Source: Octopus bimaculoides (taxonomy: Eukaryota). From it: 36,751 bases of DNA. Under the pieces are notes generated by a model. That model was not told the DNA's origin. It did no database searches and saw only the letters and a list, made by a program, of their open reading frames with translations. Positions 24,211 through 33,906 of the stretch are shown here, in pieces; within the stretch, counting starts at the first letter, position 1, and the number at the start of each line of letters is the position of its first letter. The DNA lies in assembly GCF_001194135.2 (NCBI RefSeq), contig NC_068988.1, positions 97,395,030 to 97,431,780 of the forward strand, in the 5' to 3' direction. A program made the translations under genes and the position numbers.

Positions 24211-24905
24211 ATAACTCGATGATGACGAGACGACGACAGCGATGATGCTGCTGCTGATGATGAGGGTTAGGAAAACTGGCTAAATATTTCGATATTGTTC
24301 ACAAGGGTTAATACTGTTAATGACAATAGAAATAATTGTTTTAATTGTTGCTGTTGTTTTACAACACGTCGGGCTCCGATTGGACAGAAGATTTGTGACC
24401 AAACGCATTACAACCAGCATATTCTACCCATCTCTCGGTAGTAACTTAATGAAGACTATAAACATTATGCAATGTAACCTTTTATTTCTTTGAGATGGCA
24501 AAGTGTGTTTTAAGGCTGTGGCTGTTGTTTCTAGGAGCGTATGTTCTCTTGTTTAAGTCACGCTCGTAATCGCTCCTCCTTTTAACATCTAGCTCAGTAT
24601 TCAGCCATCTTCAAGTTCCCCGAAGCTGCGCATATATACCTGGCTTTGGTCTCCAATTCTCGAGGGCGTGCTAGAAGACCCATGACAGACTATGCAGGGG
24701 CTTAGACTGTCGTGTGTTTATAGACCTCGTGGATTATATCCCTCTCCAGTTCTGGTCAGAGCAGAAGTTTTTTCCAGATAGAAAGAGAAAAATGGACCTT
24801 ACTACATGACTGGTACCTATGCTGGTCACTTGGTATGATCGTTACTTTAAATAACGGTCTTACCTTATTTATAAAACATTTATATATATATGCATAATTG
24901 CCCAT

Positions 24906-25140
24906 GGTTATATGGCGTAGTGGTTAAGAGCGCGGGCTACTAACCTCAAGATTCCAAGTTCTATTCCAAGCAGTGACCTGAATAATAATAATAATATCGA
25001 AAAATACTTTAGGAATGAGAACCCAGGTTCGAAATTACCCCAAGACACCTGATGAAGGCTGGAGGGTATATCAGCCGAAACGTTGTGTTAACAAGAAATA
25101 AGATGAGGACAAATATCCGTCAAATGTAAATAATATAAAC
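24906..25140 (+). mobile_element. tRNA-headed SINE-like unit whose 3' part contains a hammerhead ribozyme motif
   Basis: GGTTAT...GTGACC acceptor-like stem (24906-24978), A box TGGCGTAGTGG (24913-24923), degenerate B box (24956-24967), (AAT)5, then the HHR at 25044-25089. Possible TSD AATTGCCCAT (24896-24905) / AATTCCCCAT (25141-25150). Confidence 0.7.
25044..25089 (+). ncRNA. Minimal type I hammerhead ribozyme with palindromic stem III; predicted cleavage after GUU (25084)
   Basis: GACAC-CTGATGA-A-GGCTG-[GAGGGTATAT]-CAGCC-GAA-ACGT-T-GTGTT. Stem I GACAC/GTGTT, core CUGAUGA with an extra A before G10.1, stem II GGCTG/CAGCC, GAAA, palindrome AACGTT. Confidence 0.75.
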
Positions 25141-25177
25141 AATTCCCCATCTCTTAAATATAGGCCTGAAAAATTTT

Positions 25178-25236
25178 TTAGTCTTTTATTCTTTTACACA
25201 TTTCAGTCATTTGACTAAGGCCTTGCTGGAGCACCA
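25178..25236 (-). mobile_element. Family C SINE 3' tail fragment
   Basis: Minus strand GGTGCTCCAGCAAGGCCTTAGTCAAATGACTGAAATGTGTAAAAGAATAAAAGA. Confidence 0.7.
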
Positions 25237-25404
25237 TATATATATTTGCATATTTTAGTAATCACCAGGGATCTTTCCTCGGCGTAAAGACAGAAAGAAT
25301 TGGTGCGATCCGAAGATGAATTGATTGCAATTTCTGTCTAATTGTGTGGATTCTAAATGATCTCCACTCAGTCACAGCATCATTGCGTTTCCATGTGAAC
25401 ACGT

Positions 25405-25720
25405 GACAATGCAGATGCTCTCTCATGGATTTGTGTCCGCATGAAGGTACTTAACTTTACTGGAATGACTTCTCCACATGCGTCTTCAGGACAAAGGTGA
25501 ATGAACTCAGCAAGACAAAGCACCAATTATAGGGGTCTATCAATTATATACCAGTCATATATTGGGTAATTTCAAACAGAGTATTCTCCTAGCCTTACTC
25601 AGCACCTAGTTTTCGACTGAGAGTAGAAGAAACAGGAGAATTCTTGTTTGACACGATTATACGATAGTATTGTTGCTGTTGGAAGAAATCGATATTTCTA
25701 GTTTCTCTTCCTGATTATTT
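25405..25720 (+). mobile_element. Possible highly decayed CR1/L2-type RT relic
   Basis: HGFVSA*RYLTLLE*...DKGE resembles QHGF..RSCLTNLLE...DKG of CR1 RTs; downstream motifs are barely recognisable. Confidence 0.35.
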
Positions 25721-25797
25721 CGTTCGTTTCTAGGGTTTCATGTTCGATCAATTTGTTTTCTTAATACCCATTCCCACACACAATCACATACAGACAA

Positions 25798-25838
<41 letters not shown>

Positions 25839-26034
25839 GCGTGAATGTATTTTGTGCTTATTTTAATTTATATTTTGTGATTCCGCATTTATTTTGTATT
25901 TCCTTTCTGATTCTGTTAGAAAGAAAAGGATGTCGCCAAAATATTTCAAGAAAAATATAGAAAAACAAATATAAAAGTAAAAAAGTTAATGAATTCAAAA
26001 TACTTCTCGTCGCCAACACCTACACACATACATT

Positions 26035-26115
<81 letters not shown>

Positions 26116-26150
26116 ACGGTTAAGAGTAGATATTAGACTTTGATCTTAGC

Positions 26151-26734
26151 CGTGATGTGATCAATAAGTATCCGGACTATTACCATAGTAACGGAGCTAA
26201 AGCACGCAGTGTAAAGCCGCTTGGCACAGATTGAGTTTGAAATCTGTTGTTCACAGACACTAAGTTTTAACGTTCTCGCTCATTTCCGCTGTTTACAGCA
26301 GTGCTTGGAAGGAACGTGTGTAGCGTGTGATCGTCGCATTGACCATGACAGAGAAAGTTGTCATTGCGAAACCTGCTCAGAGGCAGAAAGTGTATAGAGA
26401 GGAGTGTATGAGACGCACACGAGAGTACGAGTGGTTCAGACGTTTCCAAGATGGCCGACAAATGTCAATATTGACGAACGTTCTGGGAGACCCGCAACCA
26501 GCAGTGCTGAGAAAAATCGCAGATGCGCATGCAGCTGTGAAGAGAAATCATCGAATCACCATCCGTGAGTTATCAGAGGATGTGCAGATTAGTTACGGTT
26601 CAGTTCAGTCCATTATCACTGAAAAATTGGGTACGAGACGCGTGTCTGCCAAGTTTGTGCCAAAACCGCTACACACGTTCCTTCCAAGCACTTCTGTAAA
26701 CAGCGGAAGTGAGCTAAAACGCTAAAACTTAGTG
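26151..26734 (+). mobile_element. Rearranged mariner: left TIR-like end, N-terminal DNA-binding region, then an inverted copy of its own 5' UTR
   Basis: TIR-like CGTGATGTGATCAATAAGTATCCGGACT at 26151. ORF 26327-26725 has YEWFRRFQDGR...NHRITIRELSEDVQISYGSVQSIITEKLGTRRVSAKFVPK (mariner HTH2 and WVPHEL-equivalent linker). 26667-26734 is the reverse complement of 26258-26325. Confidence 0.9.
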
Positions 26735-26736
26735 CA

Positions 26737-26945
26737 CATGCACAGCAGAGTTTAAGGTCAATCTGTGGTACTTGGTTGATATTTCCTGTTCCTGGATTGC
26801 AAACGTATACCCTTCAAATTGGGAGGTAGTAATCCGGATATTGGTCCATGAGAAACTGCTTTGATGATCGACGTTACTCTCATCTCGGACCCTTCTGCTA
26901 ACATATCCATGCATAGTCTTCTGCTCAAATAGGCTCCTCCTTTCA
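26737..26945 (-). mobile_element. Internal fragment of an R4/Dong-like LINE (post-RT region)
   Basis: EQKTMHGYVSRRVRDESNVDHQSSFSW...FEGYTFAIQEQEISTKY resembles the R4/Dong K.LHG...VD...SW...EG..FAIQDQ.I.T motif. Confidence 0.6.
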
Positions 26946-27004
26946 TCTGATGAGGTAGAGTCGTATATATGTATGCATGCATGCATGCAAGTGTGTATAT
27001 ATGC

Positions 27005-27099
<95 letters not shown>

Positions 27100-27199
27100 T
27101 ATATATAATTTTTTTACAAATAAGGTAAGACCGTTATTTAAAAGAACGATCATATCAAGTGACCAGCATAGGAAGAAGAACCTTAGTCAATAATTATAA

Positions 27200-27560
27200 G
27201 TAAAAATAAAATCTCTATAAACATACTTTCCCTGCGTATTCGTTGATCAGTATAACGGGAGTGCGTGCGAAACGAAGTGATGAGAAAAATTGTCATGAGC
27301 AGTTTGCTGGATGTGGTGACTAAGCGGTGGGTACGGTTTATAAGCCATGTGCTTCGATTACCGTGGGAGAGATGTGCTACCATCGTAACAGAGTGGATGC
27401 CGGAAGCAGGAAAAAGAGCGAATGAAAGACCAATGAAGAGGTGGAGCAGTAAGTTCCGGGCGACAAGATAACGATGGCAGTTGGCCCGAGTGGAACTAAG
27501 AGGAAAGCGAGCAATCCAGATGTCTGGAGGAAGCTCGCTGCTCGTTGCGCCGATAGATTT
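27200..27560 (+). mobile_element. RTE-clade LINE 3' fragment
   Basis: VRNEVMRK...KRWVRFISHVLRLPWERCATIVTEWMPEAGKRANERPMKRW matches the RTE terminal RxxWxGHVLR...EWxP..GKRxxGRPxxRW motif. Confidence 0.75.
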
Positions 27561-28227
27561 GAAAAATCTAAGAGCTAGGAGATACGGAGCCCTTTGCTTG
27601 CGATCAAACCTTCAGCGAAAAGTTTCTATTTTTCTATTATTCTCCTATTCATGGGAAGGCTTTTTATCTCGAATCCTCTTCTGATATATAAAAATGAATT
27701 ACTTCAGCTAATTGATCCTGAATATATTTGCATGTGAGTTACGTAAGCTGACTTGCACTTATCTTTTCATAGAATTTACTATAGTCAGCTGACTATATAT
27801 TTTGATATGGATTAGGTAACAGATATCATGATATACATACCTATTCAAGTTTTATATATTAATAGATAACATTATGTAGTTGTTGTCCATGGTATATATT
27901 TTATAGTTTTGTATGAGATACAATAACAATATTATGTGACTACGTCCATCTCAGACAATATAAACAAGTTTATCAACAACGAGTTTGGTACATTTTCGAA
28001 GTCGCTCCCCACCCCTTTCTAATATCCTCATAAATAACAAAGTCGAGTTGTTACGTAACCAAAGATGATAAGAAAAATTCAAAGCATTGAATTAACATTC
28101 TAATCGATCCTTTCAGATCTTATCCATTATATGTGNNNNNNNNNNNNNNNNNNNNNNNNNNNNNNNNNNNNGGGGGGGGGGGTATGTGAGTGCGTGTATG
28201 ATGTGTTTATGTACGTGTATGTAAACT

Positions 28228-28500
28228 CTGTGAAGGCGCGTGGCGTAGTGTTTAGGGTGTTGCACGCATGATCGTAAGATCACCGTTTCGATACCCGGAC
28301 TGCGCCGTGCGTTGTATTTTTCAACAAAACACTTTATTTCACGTTGCTCCAGTCCACTCAGCTGCAAAGGCGTACACCCCTGCAACAGACTGGCGTCCCG
28401 TTCAGAGGTGGCGTTGTGATCTCGATCACTCGTACACCATGGAAACCGGGTAACTGGCCCTGCACGTCCTGGGACTCGAGACAGGAAATGGCTTATACAA
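28228..28500 (+). mobile_element. tRNA-derived SINE with a central segment resembling V/Meta-type SINE cores
   Basis: TGGCGTAGTG A box, CGTTTCGATACCC B box, core CACTTTATTTCACGTTGCTCCAGTCCACTCAGCTG...CCCTGCAACAGACTGGCGTCCCGTTCAG. Domain assignment by eye only. Confidence 0.65.
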
Positions 28501-28601
28501 GCACCTCTTCCATATGTATATATTATATATGTCTATACCTAAACACACACACCCAAATAAATTTATATGCATGTATTTATGCATATATATATATATATAT
28601 A

Positions 28602-28763
28602 CTTTATTAAAAAGCAGTAAAATATCACAAAAACTATTAGTCAGGTTCACGTTCCCGTTCGTCGGACAGTTTTGTTTAGAATCTAAACAAAACTGTCCGA
28701 CGAACGGGAACGTGGAACTCCGAGGAACAGTTTTTGTGATATTTTTGCTGCTTTTTAATAAAG
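28602..28763. mobile_element. 162-bp near-perfect palindrome (foldback-type MITE candidate)
   Basis: Inner arms 28648-28680 and 28682-28714 are perfect 33-bp reverse complements with a 1-nt spacer. Outer arms 28602-28635 and 28729-28763 match with 1 substitution and 1 indel. TA at left flank, AA at right. Confidence 0.85.
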
Positions 28764-28832
28764 AATATTACTCTACCTCCGCTATTCAAGTACTATTTTT
28801 TCCACCTTGTTTCGCATTTATGTGATTACCTT

Positions 28833-28906
<74 letters not shown>

Positions 28907-28935
28907 TAGATAAGTATATGCATATAGATGCACAT

Positions 28936-29100
28936 ATGCACACCGGTATATAATGGAATGGTTAAGAAGGTCGCTTGGCAAACGCGCGGTCATGAGTTCT
29001 ATCACAGTACATGGTATGTTTGGTTAGTGGCATTTACCTTAGCCTTGCTACAACGAACCCGGTTTGGCAGAAACTCCACTGAAGCCCGTCGGATATGTCA
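28936..29100 (+). mobile_element. Degenerate family C SINE head
   Basis: GGTTAAGAAGGTCGCTTGGCAAAC...GAAACTCCACTGAAGCCCGTCG. Confidence 0.55.
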
Positions 29101-29254
29101 TATCAGCAAGGCAAGGTACACTTTTGTCACACACTCCCACTTACTGATTCAGTTTTAGGATTTCATGAAGTATATTAGTAGCTACAGTATACTCAGCCAC
29201 TTACAGACTAAGTCGATAAGCAACTAATATATATATATATAACTAGTGTCTGTT

Positions 29255-29435
29255 TGTGTGTGTACAAAATGAACTTCTTTCAGTTAACGTCTACCAAATC
29301 CACTCAAAACTTTTGGTCGGCCCAGGGCTTAGCAGCAGAAGACACTTGCTCAAGGTGCCGCGCAGTTGGACTGAACCCAAAACCACAAGTTTTAGTAAGC
29401 GAATTTCTTAACCACACACCCACGCCTGCGCTTAC
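29255..29435 (-). mobile_element. Family C SINE 5' half
   Basis: Minus strand GCGCAGGCGTGGGTGTGTGGTTAAGAA...GGGTTCAGTCCAACTGCGCGGCACCTTGAGCAAGTGTCTTCTGCTGCTAAGCCCTGGGCCGACCAAAAG. Confidence 0.75.
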
Positions 29436-30309
29436 ACAGCCACATCTGCGTGTGGTGTGTGTATCTGTGTGTATCTGTGTGTATCTGTGTGTATGTCTGT
29501 GTGTATGTCTGTATACGCTAACAATGTATGTCACCCTGCAGTTTTTAATTATCAGCAACATAAAATCAACATCCTGTCTGAACACAGAGCTTATGTAAAC
29601 CCCGTTCGAATGGCACATTTCATCACATAAATCAATAGCGTTGATATATGACTCCTTCAACAAATATAGCTTTAATAGAATAATATCCTTATATATATAT
29701 ATTTATATTTTCTGTACCTTTTGTGTATTGCTTAGCTGGGGGTTCAGTTTGTTTGGATAATTCTCTGAGTTTTGTCATTTCTTCAAATTTTTTAATGGTT
29801 TCAAGTACGATTTCATTGTTTCTGCTGGTCATTATCTTTTAATGTATCGATATCTTCGTACTTTGCGACGTGTGTGATTTCAACCTCAACCACACACACA
29901 CACGCAAATATAAATATATACATACATACGTGTATATGTGTTGATGTGTACGTATACTTTAATGTATGCAAGTGTGTGTGTGTATATTTGCTTATACCGC
30001 TGCTTGATATACAATATTTTTGGACACTTATGAATGCACTCATAGACACTACAGACAAGTTTCTACAAGATCAACAAATAATTTTTGTTGCTACCTTGCG
30101 GAAGAGGGGGAGACTGGTAGAATCACTGAGATATTGGACTTGTTGCCTTGGTATCTTTGGTTTGTTTTCTGAAGTTCCGAGTTCAAATTCTATTGAGGAC
30201 AGTTTTATTTCTTTTCTTCTTGGAATCAGTTAAATGAAAAATCACTCAAGCGCTGTTGAAGGTTTCTTCGCTGAAAATGCTTGTCCTTGTGTGTCATTTA
30301 GCAATTATT

Positions 30310-30905
30310 ATGATAATAATTTAGTTTGACTCGGGTTCAGTCTTATTCCTGGTAGGATTTATGAGGGTAGCAGGTTACTACCTGTAACCTTAGGTATCCC
30401 CAAGTTTTCAGTAGTCTTTCAAGTCCTTAGAACCCTTCTTATAATCCTTGCTGTCCCTGAGAGACATTTTCTGAAGGAGCTCTACTGGCCATTCTATTTC
30501 AAACTCCTACAATCATTTGTCTATATCTTTAGTTACTGTTTCCAACGCACCAATAATTATAGGCCCAACCTTTGCAGTTTTCATACTCCAAATTTTTCCT
30601 ATTTCAAATTCTAAGGGATTGTGATTTTTTTCTTTTTGGCTTTTCGTCCTCTTTCTTTACGATCCCGGAATCGAACGGACATGATGGGTCGATTAGTAAG
30701 CAACTTCACTTTCCTATATCTACAATGCTTATGTTCGGTCTATCATTTTCTAACTTCTTGTCCGTTTTAATAGAAAATTCCTACAAAATTTTACATTTCT
30801 CCGATTCTAGTATTTCTTCGCTTTGATGATTGTACCAAATGATTCCAGCCTCAAAACCCCGTTTCTGACAAAGTTTCAAGAGTAAAACTTTTACAACTTC
30901 GTCGT
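30310..30905 (-). mobile_element. 5'-truncated R4/Dong-like LINE end (RLE domain and 3' UTR) next to AAT repeats
   Basis: DEVVKVLLLKLCQKRGFE..WYNHQSEEILESEKCKIL*EFSIKTDKKLENDRPNISIVD....CLLIDPSCPFD matches the Dong/R4 RHD..W.LC..WY.H.P....E....ILWDF.IQTD......RPDI...IDxxCPxD motif. Confidence 0.85.
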
Positions 30906-30910
30906 TCCTC

Positions 30911-30952
<42 letters not shown>

Positions 30953-30953
<1 letters not shown>

Positions 30954-31100
30954 CGCCGAGGTCGACTTGCATCCTTTCGACGTCGATAAATTAGGTACCA
31001 ATGAAACACTGGGGTCGATATTATCGACTAGTCCCCTCCCCACAAATTTGAGGCCTTGTGCCTCCAGTAGAAGAGATTATTATTATTATTATTATTATTA
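30953..31100 (+). mobile_element. 5'-truncated family A SINE bracketed by (ATT)n
   Basis: CCGCCGAGGTCGAC...GTCGATAAATTAGGTACCA..GAAACACTGGGGTCGAT...GGCCTTGTGCC..AGTAGAAGAGATTATT. (ATT)n at about 30914-30952 and 31076-31099. Confidence 0.85.
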
Positions 31101-32100
31101 AAGCGGCACCAGCGCACGTTCAGGTTGACATACTTGCAGAAATATCTAAATCACCGCAAAGGTGTCAGGGACGGTGATGAAAACGAGGGTGTATTGGTGT
31201 CGGTGTCTTTCGTACGACCCGTGTTTCTGCAACTCGTTTCCGCGACCAAGCTGTAGTCAGGGGTCAAACAAAGAATAGGATTTTGGCCTTTATCCACTCG
31301 AATGTTGCCAGGCGCTCACAGCATTCTACCAACCGAACAAAGCCGTTAGCAGGAAAATAACTCAAGATTTCTATACGGTGGGATTAGTTGAGGGTATAAT
31401 GACAGTATGAGTGGTTTCTTTTGAGGATTTCAGCTCGAATACTATGGATAATTTCCAAAAATCTTTGGCATGGCTGGGGGCTACAGGAGGGAATTACCTA
31501 TCCGAGACAAGCTCTTTAAGTAATGGAAGCGCCAACAACCTGCCCCAGGTGCATGCAAGATGACTAAACGGTCGCACCCGCAGTCGTTCAGTGTCCGCAC
31601 ATTAGCGATTTGTGAGATTGTGTTGAGCAGCTGCTGTCTCGTTTAAGACGAGTCGAGCTGTCCACCAAGCATACAGTGAAGATCGAAGGCACCATCTTCT
31701 TTTAGCAGAGAAGGGAGGCAGATTTTTCTCTGCTTAGTGGCTGTGACAAAAGAGGTTGTGTTGTGGGTCCGTCTCAAAGATTTGAACACAGGATCTTTCC
31801 TATCTGGCCAAGCTCTCAATTTCTTCAAATATCTTTTGAACAGGAAAGCGAGGATAGGAGAGCGTTTGTCAAAAGGTGGACGGGAATGGCAAGACTGGTG
31901 AGGCTGAATGGACATACTCTGTGTAAGATGTTTTAAGGAGGAAGAAAGATAAAGCAAGGTGGCACTTGCCATGTTTTGGAGATGGCAGAGGAGCAATCCG
32001 AGACCTTTTGTCTGAAGTTTTTTCCTGAATTACCCAAAACGGACGGCCCCACTCCGAGGGATTCTATTTATTATTCTCAATTCTATTTTTTTATATCTTT
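31100..32100 (+). mobile_element. Degenerate Tx1/L1-like ORF2 C-terminus (zf-RVT region and CCHC) with 3' UTR
   Basis: MDNFQKSLAW (31444)...YRRELPIRDKL...TCPRCMQDD*TVAPAVVQCP (31541)...FLCLVAVTKEVV.W...FFKYLL, stop near 31934. This is the W...LP..DKL / CPxC...E...H....CP pattern of L1/Tx1 ORF2 ends. Confidence 0.75.
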
Positions 32101-32884
32101 TGTTATATCTTTAATGTGTACATGTATGCATGCACGTTTATATGTTTGTGTGTGCAAATATATAAGAAATATATATAGAGAGAGAGATGGGGAAAGAACG
32201 AATTAAAACTGATTGATAGTAAAAAAATACGGCGGATATGTTAAATCTGTGTGCGTGTGTACGGTTGAGTACGTAAGTAGAGAGAAAGAAAGATATACAT
32301 AACGATGTGTGTGTGAGTATTGAAATATAGATAGATAGATAGATAGATAGATAGACTGAACAGATTCATTAAAAATCGTTAATCACTTGAATAAAATCTC
32401 GTCCATTCCAAACAGCTCCCAGGTGTCACCAAATCCTCAATGACTTCTTTTTTAATTTTAAACCATCGATTTGTTTATTTGTATCTTTTCTATAACTAAA
32501 ATAACGTTAATTAATTGAAATTCTTATAAAGATTTAAATGGAATGGAAACACAAATTCAAACTATAGAATTAGAAGAAAGCAAACATTTTCAGAATACGT
32601 AAATGAAGATAAACAGTGAAAAGAAACACAAGAATAACATGAAGTAAACAAGAAATGAGCCGAAAGCAAAAGTGGAGAACAAGTATTTAGTTAGAGATTT
32701 TTGTTGCCTTATTTTTTACTCTAGAAACTTACTCAGGCCACAATGTGATACTTTATAAATCAATGAGTTGCTTCACACACACACGTGCATATAAATATAT
32801 ATGTATATATTACAATATGCGTACATTGATTTGTATGTCTGTATATAAACAAATAACAAGAGATTGATAGTGGTTCACTCACTA

Positions 32885-33130
32885 CGGCTGATGTAGAACT
32901 CAATACACGTATGGTCCAGAACACAATGTTAGATGAGTAAAGAGTGGTAATAAGAACAAAGAGACGACACCGAAAAAAAAACAAATCTTCTGCAATGAAC
33001 TTCCTTAGCTTACAGCTGTTTCTGCTATGTGCTGGACTCTTAGTTGAGTACCTGGATAACATCCTATAACTTCATCAGAACCTTGACTATGAAGTGCACT
33101 TTATTTGGGAAAGTTACATTTTCATAACAT
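32885..33130 (+). mobile_element. Second, more diverged partial copy of the long-TIR element at 16956
   Basis: 32962-33130 aligns with 16956-17105 (TACAGCTGTT.CTGCTAT..GGACTCTTAGTTGAGTACC...CACTTTATTTGGGAAA.TTACATTTTCA). 32885-32961 aligns with the reverse complement of about 17387-17465. Confidence 0.7.
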
Positions 33131-33385
33131 AGCTCACCATCTCGTTTGTGTGAGAGTGTTTGTTTGTACTTTTCATATACACCCTTGTACATACGCATGT
33201 ACATATATTTACATGCATATGTGCATACATATATATATATATATTACAAACAAAAATAAGAGGAATGACCAGCAAAAGTGGACTCCTATATGCTAGAAAT
33301 AGATGCTGAATCATCTAACCACGAAAAAAATATATGGTTGGACGTCCTGTGTCTAGTTCTGGAAATTACATCGCATATCGACAGT

Positions 33386-33450
33386 CTACGCTGACGATCC
33401 TGCAGATATTTATTTATGTAAATTTTAACAGGTGAAACCATGGTACGTAG
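33386..33450 (+). ncRNA. Type I hammerhead ribozyme, copy 1; predicted cleavage after GUA (33445)
   Basis: CTACG-CTGACGA-T-CCTG-[26 nt]-CAGG-T-GAA-ACCATGGT-A-CGTAG. Stem I CTACG/CGTAG, core CUGACGA and GAAA, stem II CCTG/CAGG, palindromic stem III ACCATGGT. Non-canonical U10.1-U11.1. Confidence 0.8.
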
Positions 33451-33906
33451 GTTAATCGATTTTATTTAGTATTTTTTCATTTGTCTTGCCCTTTTACAGT
33501 CTGTTGTGTCGCTGAATTTTTACTGAGAACATATATTTTTTTCGTTGTTAGATGATTCGGCATCTATTTCTAGCATATAGGAGTCCACTTTTGCTGGTCA
33601 TCCCTCTTATTTTTGTCTGTAATATAATTTTAATGTTCGGATTTTTTTTAATATGCTAGACCCCTGGTTCAAATTGATTAATATCAGTTTCTACCCTCAT
33701 AAATAAATTTTTATACAATAATGTTTCTCAAACCGGAAAATTAGCTACAAAAATTTATTAACTGCTGAATTATTTCCGGACTTAGCGCGCCAGATTGAAG
33801 ACATTTAAAAGGATACACTGAATGTAATTTGTAGAACTCTACACGTGCTCCCTTTCGGTTGGAAGTCCTGTGTCTAGTTCTGGAAATTACATCGCATATC
33901 GACAGT

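Noticed and set aside
24906-24978. Functional tRNA gene (also the heads at 8021, 12110-12177 and 28233)
   Set aside because: Degenerate T-arms/B boxes and imperfect stems, and each continues into SINE body sequence; these are SINE heads.
27780-27834. 18-bp palindrome TATAGTCAGCTGACTATA and nearby 12-bp ATATCATGATAT
   Set aside because: Isolated, with no recognisable element ends or further copies in the window.
33240-33626. Reading this segment as a simple 387-bp MITE with 97-bp TIRs
   Set aside because: The interior and right arm continue as a 521-bp-period direct repeat containing ribozyme motifs, which fits Penelope-type architecture better. Kept as the refuting alternative.
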